40,242 bases of DNA from NCBI GenBank assembly GCA_008369845.1, contig MRSU01011221.1, positions 1-40,242 on the forward strand, written 5' to 3'. A program made the translations under genes and the position numbers. Numbering within the stretch: position 1 is the first letter of the stretch; each line of letters begins with the position of its first letter. The DNA comes from Trichomonas gallinae. Its lineage: Eukaryota. The notes beneath the pieces are model-generated. The model did not search any database and was not told the origin of the DNA. It worked only from the letters and a program-made list of their open reading frames with translations. Shown in pieces: positions 32,477-40,242 of the stretch.

Positions 32477-32827
32477 ATGGTCGACAACAGATATACACTC
32501 CGCCGTTCCCTCGGGTTCCATACAATGCGCAACCGCGTTGCTCCAGTCCGTACACCAGGTAACAAGCTTGTTGCTCACTATATTACAAAGCGCCAGAATG
32601 GATTAAGATGTGCTGAGACAGGAAAACGCCTTGCAGGCATCAAGTGCGTCAAGACATGCGAGTTACGCCGTATGAAGAAGAACCAGAGAACAGTTTCCCG
32701 CCCATATGGTGGCGTTTACCGTGGTGCCGTTGTCAAAGATCGCATAATCAACGCTTTCATGGAGGAAGAAGCTCGCGCTGCTCAGGAGAGGAAGCTTGCT
32801 AACGAACAGAAGAAGAAGGGCAAGTAA
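32477..32827 (+). CDS. RPL34: 60S ribosomal protein L34 (eL34)
   Basis: RYTLRR...VRTPGNKLV...RTVSRPYGG...VKDRIINAFMEEE. Confidence 0.96.
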   Translation: MVDNRYTLRRSLGFHTMRNRVAPVRTPGNKLVAHYITKRQNGLRCAETGKRLAGIKCVKTCELRRMKKNQRTVSRPYGGVYRGAVVKDRIINAFMEEEARAAQERKLANEQKKKGK

Positions 32828-33262
32828 ATTAATTATTTGTCAATCAAATCATAGAATAAATGTAAACAAGCATCACATATTATCTTAATTCATGTTTTTA
32901 CAAACTGTTCAACTCATAAATAATAACATATGGCTAGATATGAATTTTTCCTAAAATTTTATTCAAAAGTTAAGACATATTGTTATCGTTCCAACTATAT
33001 ATAACTCATAACTTGTTGATATATCAAGTTATGTTGATTGAAGTCGCTCATATACAAAATTCTTATATATTTCAACAAACTTTTGTTTAAAAGAGATTAA
33101 CCACTATATTGGCCTATATGAAATAAAAGCACTTGCTTATTAGTTTGCAGCATCATACCTCTAAAATTTTATTTTTGATGTCTATTTTAAATGCACTGCT
33201 TTAAATCCAAACACATGATGGCTATAGTATACATAAAAGCTTTTAAACAAAATCTGGGACTC

Positions 33263-33751
33263 TTATATGTTAAAATCGAAATCAGGAAGTATAGTATCAG
33301 TAGCTAAATCAGACATATCTGTAATGGACAAGAGCTTGCTATCATCCTCGTAATCTATTGTTAGGTCATCTAACGTAATAAAGAAGTTCGAAGACTTTCT
33401 TGAGTTTTCTCTTTCTCTTGCTTCTTGGCGCTGGAGTAACATCCATCTAGACTTTATGTTGATGTCTGTTCTACCAGGAAACTCTTTCGCAATTTGGGAC
33501 CACTTTCTACCCATCGTATTGATCAAGTTATTAAGTTTTTCGTCGTCTTCTAGTGTCCATGGCCTCGTAGATAAGTTTGGCGCCAGATAGTTTTTGTATC
33601 TATCTCTGCATTGTCTGGCATTGCGTGTTCCCATGTATTCCGCTACTTTATTCCACGAGCTAGTTCCAAGGAACTGCACAAGAGCTCTCAATTTAACATC
33701 CTCAGCAGGCGTGAACTTCTCTTTTGGATGTGGTTTGCCAACTGCAGACAT
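33263..33751 (-). CDS. R2R3 Myb transcription factor (162 aa)
   Basis: KFTPAEDVKL...W..VA..M..RNARQCRDRYKNYL.P...WTLEDD..L...GRKWSQIA..FPGRTDINIKSRW. First ATG is 33751, with Inr TCATTTT just upstream. Confidence 0.93.
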   Translation of the reverse strand: MSAVGKPHPKEKFTPAEDVKLRALVQFLGTSSWNKVAEYMGTRNARQCRDRYKNYLAPNLSTRPWTLEDDEKLNNLINTMGRKWSQIAKEFPGRTDINIKSRWMLLQRQEARERENSRKSSNFFITLDDLTIDYEDDSKLLSITDMSDLATDTILPDFDFNI

Positions 33752-35195
33752 GAATAAAAAATGAGATGAGCAAAGAAAAATTACTTTCTTTGGTGATTTG
33801 GGCTGTACATATGCTAAAATATCCAAATATCGAATTATCCAAATCCCATATTTTGAGAGCGTCACTTTTTCCGATCATAAAAATTAATCTAATATTTTTA
33901 ATTCAATGTATACATAATGGATGAAGATGACTCAACTAATTAACATTCAATTTTTGATAACAACCGGAGTTTACTCTCAATTAACATCTTCGAAATTATA
34001 ATCCTATATCAATCCATATTTTCAATTTTTGGCTTTAATCCGCTCAGAATTTTTTGCATTTAAATCTATCGTTTAAAATAGAAAAATTGAACAACTCTGT
34101 CATAATACATATACCCCAAAAAGAAACGAAATTTACGCGTAATTCGTTTTCCTAACTTTTTATTCTTATTATTGCTTGTAGAGCCAAGATTATTTTTTCT
34201 GTAAATTTTCAATTTTTTGTATCTTGAGTTTATATAGATAATGATAGCTACATAAAAATAAGTTCTTGTAAAAAAAATTCGCATCGATTGTTTTCAAAAA
34301 CTCTGTGGGAGTTTTACGAGAATTTTATCAATGTTTCCGTTATTTGCTCCGTATGAAAAGCTTAAATGTTAATCGAACATGTCTAAAAAAAAACTTCAAA
34401 AATGTAAATCATTCAAATTGAATTATTTTTCTCAAGTTTTGCAATTTTTTTGGCGAAAGTCACTGTTCTCCAATCTAAACATGCTTTAGATTGTCAAGGA
34501 ACTCATGCCTTCTTTTATCCTCAAAAGTTTTGATTTTTTAATTAAAAATGAGAGTTATATTTGAAAACATTCTTTCCCAGCGCTTTACATCATTGTCACT
34601 GAATTTCACTCAACAAGGTAGATAATATATCTTCAATAGTTTTATTCAAAACTCTATTTTTCTTATTGCGAGATTTGAAATCGTACTGCAGAAGACTAAA
34701 CTACATTATATCCGCTTACTCACCGAACCTGTTCAATGTAGTTGATAATCAGAGACAATAAGGGAATTCCTTTTTTGCCCAAATTTACACATTACAAACT
34801 CGTCGCAAAATTAATTAATGAAAACAACATGTAAGGAACTAAAATCATGATTCCATTCTGAAAATGCGAATTTGAAAAATTCAAATTTTATTTCCACGCA
34901 AAAATATCAATTCGATAACTCATTCTTTAATCATTCTATTGACAAATATCTACATTAGATAATGCCAAAGCCATTTCTGTTCATTCTTTACATTTTAATT
35001 TTTTATATTATTTTTGGTTTCATCCAAAATCCAAGCAGAATTCAATCAATTTGGGATAATGGAATAAATATTAAAAAAGATTTTTTTCATTTTTTATAAT
35101 ATTTTTGAATTTGCTTTTCATTTCCATTTCAAATCATGCTCTTAAATAAGATCTAATATTTGATATTTTTTTTCAAAATAGAAAAGTATTTTTTT

Positions 35196-38100
35196 TTAAT
35201 ATACCATAGAAGTGGTGATAGATGAAGCATTGCAGTTGATGAGTGGTGAAATTTCGATCCTGACATCAGAATATACCTTCAAGGCGAAATCTGAAATCTG
35301 ATCACACTTATTTCTGCAGACAACCAAAGTCCACTCACCAGAATCTAGTTCCCAGGTGTATGAATATATTGCGCTGTTCGCTGGAATTGGTTCACTTTTA
35401 TATTTCGTTCCAGAGAAAATTTTCTTTATTGGCTCCTTTCCTTTGACGCAATATATCCATGTTCCAACGCTGGGACCTGTTCTCTCGAAGAAGAACTTGA
35501 CAGTTGCAGCAGATGAAACTCTCATGATGTACTGCGGTAACACATCTGCTTCAGCGCAGTCTGTGACAGGCTTCGCGCCATCGTTTTGTCCAGGCTGCAT
35601 CGAATTGAAGATCAAATACTTGTATCTCGGCAATGATTCGCTTGGAATCACGCAATAGAGATAAGCATAGTTAGCAGTGAAGTCTTTGAACGACATCCAG
35701 AAGACACCATCAGTCTGTGATTTGTTTGGATCGAATTTGCAACGAGAAGCAACTGCAGGATATTTCTTCCACATGTTGCTGTTGCTCGACCAGTCTCCAT
35801 TCCACTCCTGTTCACCCCATGGATTGCGCAACTTCAAGAGCTGTACACCTCTATACTCAACAACTTCAAGGATGTTGTAGGCGTGACCTTGAACGATTCC
35901 TTCTTTGTTCTTCTTGAAGTGGCTGCCTTCTGGTGAACCAGCTATTAAATGCGAGCCTTTTCTCTGCCATTCGCACATCATGTTGAACAGTTCGCCGCTC
36001 ATAACTTGCTCTCTGACATCGAGATCATTCAAGTTGAGGTTGATTGGATAACCACCGAGCATCCTGTAAAGTGCTTCATCAGGTGTTCCACCAGTTGCAT
36101 CGCTATAACTTCCGATGAGTTTCGCAAAAGCTTTCTCGACAATAACGAACCAGTAAGGAGATCTTTCTGTTGCTGGATGTGTCATTCTTGGCTTGTTGTT
36201 CAACATAGGAATCTGAGTGTCAACATTCACAGAAATAATCATGTTCATCGCTTTGAAGTTTACACATGCCAAACCATTTTTAACAGCAATTTCAGGCCTG
36301 TAGAACAAATCTTTGATTTTCGTGATGCTCTTGCAGATACTTGACATGGCTGTTACTACATAACAGTCACCAAAATAGCCTTGAACAATATCATTTGGCT
36401 GGCAAGTGTCTATGAATTTTTGTTTAGAATATAAAACTTCTGCTCTTTCCCATGTACAGCCTTGCAACAATCTGTTATCTGTTTCTTCGATTTTCTTTGT
36501 CGGATGGAAACCATTGTCCATGTATTTAGATGTTGAATTATTCGGAACTCCATCAATTTGCTTGCGAATTGTATCTTTTGATCTCATGTATTCTGTAATA
36601 TGTATCCATGGTGGACTATAATCAGCTTTAGAGCCTCCGCTCGATGAAGGCTCTTTAGAAAACCATTTAGAGAAAAATCCACCTTCACTCTTCTTTTCCT
36701 TCTTTTTCTCTTCCTTCTTCTTTTCTTCCTTCTTTGGTTTCACATCTGTTGTTGTTGCAGCTCTTGCATTAGATTTAGTGTTGTCTACCTTCTTTTTCTC
36801 TTCCTTCTTCTTTTCTTCCTTCTTTGGTTTGGAGTCAGCTGTTGTTGCAGCTCTTGCATTAGATGAAATTGTGACAGCTGAAGGTCTGACTGTTGGTGCA
36901 AGATTCTGTTTGCGGTCCGATGTTGGTGCATCAATAGATTTCTGGCCTGTCAATGCCATGTAGAGGTTGATAATCCTCATTCTTCCTTCTGGATTGAAAT
37001 CTGTCATATCCAAAAAGTCTGCTTCGATTCCTTTCGACTTTAAAAGCGATTTGAGCTTGTCTTTCGCCATTATGAACGCCATCTGAGATGAAATGAAAAG
37101 CTGTGCCTTGAGTGCAGTAATGAAATAGGAAATTGCTGAGTTCATCTTATTCAATGCTCTTTCTGATTCAACGAAATGTCTGTAGTCACTTTTATCAATG
37201 GTTGGCGTCTTCAAATTCGAAGATACGCCAGCAGCATGCATAGCCTTGCCAACAGCGTGTGTCATTGTATCAGTGGAAACATATTGAAGTGAATACAAAC
37301 ATTTCATGTCGAGTTCAATCAAAAGTGCAATGCCGAAAAGTGATGGAATAACGAAAGCAGCTGTTATGACTATTGATGGTATCAATGACTCAGGCATGCA
37401 TGTCATTCCGAACAAGCCCCAGACCCAGCATGCTATTGTCAAAACGATGAATGATGTAGTGAACATTGGAATCTTATGAATTGAGCCTGAATAATATCTT
37501 CTCGCAGGGAAGAAGAAATTCGTCAAAACCAAAACATCTGTTTTGCTGTTCATGAAAACGTAAGACATGAACAAACAGACTGATAATATTACAATGACAA
37601 TTGTGATTACTGTATAAACTAGGAATGGAGTGAATTTGAAGTAGAAAATCGTAACTAAAATTCCAACAGATAATATACAATAAACAACAATTGCTGAAAT
37701 TGAAATAGTCTTGAGCTGGTATCTGTTCTTCTTCATACCATAGATATACAATGATCCACATGCCATAAGACAGAATATATCTGTCACAACAGCATAAAAC
37801 AGTTTGTTTTCATCAACGAAAAGTCTCCAAGCAGAAAATCCTGCAAATATCAATGAGAAAATTCCTGCAAATAACATGTTTCCTAAAGTGAAGTTCCATT
37901 TGTTCCTGTAGGCCCAAACCAAAGTAATTCCATAGACAATGAAAATTACTCCCAAAATTCCTAATAATATCGAATAATACTGTAAATCCATCGGTATTAA
38001 TGATCCGCAAAAAGCAGAATAAACAGCAATGAAAACAATCAAGAATATTATCCAATCTCCTTTGAATGTCGGCACCGTGAAGTAGTGATAGAAAACGAAG

Positions 38101-39677
38101 AATGCTGCAGCAGATAAAAAAGCTAATACAAAAGCAATTCCGATTAAATTCTTGTATTCGACAACAATTGGAACAACGATTAAACAAATGACGTCAATGA
38201 TAAATAATACCAAGTAAATGATTTGCATGATAAACAAACTTGATCCTTTTGTCATCTTGAAGTCTGTTGCATTGAAAGAGAACAAGAAAAGCAAACCAGA
38301 AACTATCATATATTCAATCAAAAACATTAAGCCGTTCTGATATGAAGTGATGTTGATCTCTTTGTATAAAGCTATGAATAAATGGAATAACAAGAAGCCA
38401 GAAATAATGAAAACGCCCATGAGTTTCGACATCCTTCCGAATCCGTTATAAATGCAAATAACTGATGAAATAATCATGGAAAAAGCAATTGTTGCGCTAA
38501 TTATTAAAATGTAAAATATTTTTTGATCATATGTATCCAAAATTTTTTCTTCTAAATTCGAAAACTTGATTTCCAATGCAGCTAAAACAGATATCAAAAC
38601 GAAAGCTATGATACTTGGAACGGCTTCCAAAGATTTAGGACGTTTTCCTTCTGGTGTAATTTTCTCAATTTGTTCGTAAATTTCTCCGTCAACTAATGAT
38701 TGACCTAATCTCATCTTTTTGCGCGGGCAGAGTGATTTATTATAGAGCCACCAGAAGAATCTTATCAAGAAGATGCCTCCGAGAACCAAATAACATATGG
38801 AATGAGAATAAAGCCAAAAGGTTGGACCCTGATTAATCACGAAAACTTTCAAGAAGAAAGCAACAAAAAGCAAAATAACAGTTTGGAACTGATTTTGCAA
38901 TAAATATTGTCTGCCAAATATCAACATGTCAATAGCAAACGATCCAATGGATACAGCCAACGTGTCCTTGTCTTTATAAATTCCGTAAAAAGTGAAATTA
39001 AAAACTACAGAAAAGCCAATAAAAACGATAATAAAATACCAAGGTAGTTTATGACCGCCTCCAAACCAATCATCAAATCTTCTATGAACCATGTCATAGA
39101 TGAAGCTTCTCTTTCCGTTGTCACTTTCTAAGATTTTCTTCGCTGCTTCTTTCATGATTTTCCTGCGAGAATAGCATAAGCAAAAACCGTAGACTAGCAA
39201 AGATGGAATTGTGAAGAAAAATCCGTAAGCAGACCATTTATAACCTGTGAAATAAACAGTTGTTAAAATATTTAAGGTAAAAATTAAGGAAAATGAAATT
39301 ACCAATAAAATTTTCGTTGTATAACCAATCTTGAAGCCATTATGACTATAATTTTGATATATAATAAATAATGTGAATATAACAGCAGGCACTAATGCGA
39401 TTAATAGAGTTAAATTAATATTGCTATATTTTTTCTCAATAAAAATAGAAAAGAATACTGGAACCAATATCGGCAAAGCGAAGAATATCCACCATGCAAA
39501 TAAAGCTAGCCAATAAAGCTTAGTTCCTATTTTTCGTCTAATCCAATTTGCTACGATGTACGGAGCAAATACGAGCGGCCTCCAATAGAAATATTTCTTT
39601 ATAACGAATATCCAGCCCGAAACAAGCAGAATATATGGTATTCCAAAGCTCAAAATTAATATCCACTCGAGTTGCAT
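35196..39677 (-). CDS. Multi-pass membrane calpain (clan CA, family C2): long TM region, linker, CysPc, C2-like domain III
   Basis: About 20 hydrophobic segments in the first 790 aa or so; catalytic triad QGYFGDCY, GHAY, LRNPWG; EKAFAKLIGSY; DGVFWMSFKDF. Confidence 0.93.
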   Translation of the reverse strand: MQLEWILILSFGIPYILLVSGWIFVIKKYFYWRPLVFAPYIVANWIRRKIGTKLYWLALFAWWIFFALPILVPVFFSIFIEKKYSNINLTLLIALVPAVIFTLFIIYQNYSHNGFKIGYTTKILLVISFSLIFTLNILTTVYFTGYKWSAYGFFFTIPSLLVYGFCLCYSRRKIMKEAAKKILESDNGKRSFIYDMVHRRFDDWFGGGHKLPWYFIIVFIGFSVVFNFTFYGIYKDKDTLAVSIGSFAIDMLIFGRQYLLQNQFQTVILLFVAFFLKVFVINQGPTFWLYSHSICYLVLGGIFLIRFFWWLYNKSLCPRKKMRLGQSLVDGEIYEQIEKITPEGKRPKSLEAVPSIIAFVLISVLAALEIKFSNLEEKILDTYDQKIFYILIISATIAFSMIISSVICIYNGFGRMSKLMGVFIISGFLLFHLFIALYKEINITSYQNGLMFLIEYMIVSGLLFLFSFNATDFKMTKGSSLFIMQIIYLVLFIIDVICLIVVPIVVEYKNLIGIAFVLAFLSAAAFFVFYHYFTVPTFKGDWIIFLIVFIAVYSAFCGSLIPMDLQYYSILLGILGVIFIVYGITLVWAYRNKWNFTLGNMLFAGIFSLIFAGFSAWRLFVDENKLFYAVVTDIFCLMACGSLYIYGMKKNRYQLKTISISAIVVYCILSVGILVTIFYFKFTPFLVYTVITIVIVILSVCLFMSYVFMNSKTDVLVLTNFFFPARRYYSGSIHKIPMFTTSFIVLTIACWVWGLFGMTCMPESLIPSIVITAAFVIPSLFGIALLIELDMKCLYSLQYVSTDTMTHAVGKAMHAAGVSSNLKTPTIDKSDYRHFVESERALNKMNSAISYFITALKAQLFISSQMAFIMAKDKLKSLLKSKGIEADFLDMTDFNPEGRMRIINLYMALTGQKSIDAPTSDRKQNLAPTVRPSAVTISSNARAATTADSKPKKEEKKKEEKKKVDNTKSNARAATTTDVKPKKEEKKKEEKKKEKKSEGGFFSKWFSKEPSSSGGSKADYSPPWIHITEYMRSKDTIRKQIDGVPNNSTSKYMDNGFHPTKKIEETDNRLLQGCTWERAEVLYSKQKFIDTCQPNDIVQGYFGDCYVVTAMSSICKSITKIKDLFYRPEIAVKNGLACVNFKAMNMIISVNVDTQIPMLNNKPRMTHPATERSPYWFVIVEKAFAKLIGSYSDATGGTPDEALYRMLGGYPINLNLNDLDVREQVMSGELFNMMCEWQRKGSHLIAGSPEGSHFKKNKEGIVQGHAYNILEVVEYRGVQLLKLRNPWGEQEWNGDWSSNSNMWKKYPAVASRCKFDPNKSQTDGVFWMSFKDFTANYAYLYCVIPSESLPRYKYLIFNSMQPGQNDGAKPVTDCAEADVLPQYIMRVSSAATVKFFFERTGPSVGTWIYCVKGKEPIKKIFSGTKYKSEPIPANSAIYSYTWELDSGEWTLVVCRNKCDQISDFALKVYSDVRIEISPLINCNASSITTSMVY
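36698..36864 (-). repeat. In-frame 90-bp-period tandem duplication in the calpain linker
   Basis: 36698-36774 and 36788-36864 are near-identical; each encodes SNARAATTxDxKPKKEEKKKEEKKK. Confidence 0.9.
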
Positions 39678-39928
39678 TTTTATTTTTGACTTTATCGTAA
39701 ATTTTATCTCTTGTCCATCAATAAGATTAATTTCTCGTTGCGGTTTTTGGCTCGTGCAGGTGAACTGGTTGGTATCTATAGTGGAATCAGAGAAAAAATC
39801 GGATCTTTGCGAAATCGATCTTTAAAAAAATCGGCTAAATTTCGGATTTGATTTTAAAAACTGGACCGACACTAATAGTGTTTACCGTTTTATTGCTAAT
39901 AATTTAGATAAACTGTAAAAGAGCGATA

Positions 39929-40020
39929 TTTGAATAGTTTACAATTTATTTCGCAAATTTAAGATATGAATATAACATATGATTATATATAACCTCAAAA
40001 TTTTATGTAAACTATTCAAA
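39929..40020. repeat. Perfect 15-bp inverted repeat (TTTGAATAGTTTACA / TGTAAACTATTCAAA) with 62-bp spacer
   Basis: Arms at 39929-39943 and 40006-40020; the same 15-mer occurs at 14017-14031. Confidence 0.7.
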
Positions 40021-40242
40021 ATTCACGGTATTCAAAAATTTTTTCCACTCAATCTTAAATTAATTCGCAAAATTTCGACTCAATCTGAAATGCCTGTATG
40101 CATTTCTATGACATAAAGATTACATTGATGGTAGATTTGGCATAAAAGGACAAAATTTTTGAAAAAATCGAAATTATTCGAAAAATTGTTAGGCAAAGCC
40201 ATATGGTTCTCTCTGATTAGGTAGATGATGTCGTGTATCATC

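Noticed and set aside
33263..33751. Myb protein as the DNA-binding partner (p1/p2-like) of the AMT1-type methyltransferase
   Set aside because: It is an ordinary R2R3 Myb of a very large trichomonad family and lies over 16 kb away.
22076..38187. Many short overlapping ORFs inside formin, kinase, PgsA, EF-hand and calpain genes
   Set aside because: Shadow frames caused by codon bias of the real genes; none shows domain features.

Overview
Eukaryotic, AT-rich, gene-dense and apparently intron-free DNA, almost certainly from a trichomonad (Trichomonas-like parabasalid). Support: TCAY(T/A) initiators, AAAGTGAC (M2) and M3+M5 core-promoter motifs next to ATGs, TAAA poly(A) signals overlapping stop codons, and typical gene families. 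The window holds about 21 protein genes: 5' part of PGK, bromodomain protein, RPL26, lineage-specific beta-helix-like protein, motorless myosin-I TH1 protein, RanBD nucleoporin, ribosomal-L1-domain protein, RPS15, syntaxin, BBS4, TMEM128-like, MT-A70 methyltransferase, SAPS-like, C2 protein, formin, NAK kinase, bacterial-type PgsA, EF-hand-like protein, RPL34, R2R3 Myb and a multi-pass membrane calpain. There is also one tRNA-Thr(UGU). No intact transposon, CRISPR or operon-like system is evident. Most notable: (i) an AMT1/MTA1-type DNA 6mA methyltransferase with three GCAGG motifs at exact 20-bp spacing upstream; (ii) a NAK kinase apparently fused to a Sla2/HIP1-type ANTH-like tail; (iii) a stand-alone myosin TH1 domain; (iv) a GC-rich intergenic island built from three direct-repeat pairs and G-tracts; (v) a DEK1-architecture calpain; (vi) a 15-bp motif recurring upstream of genes, once as an inverted pair. 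All family calls come from motif recognition by eye; no searches were run.
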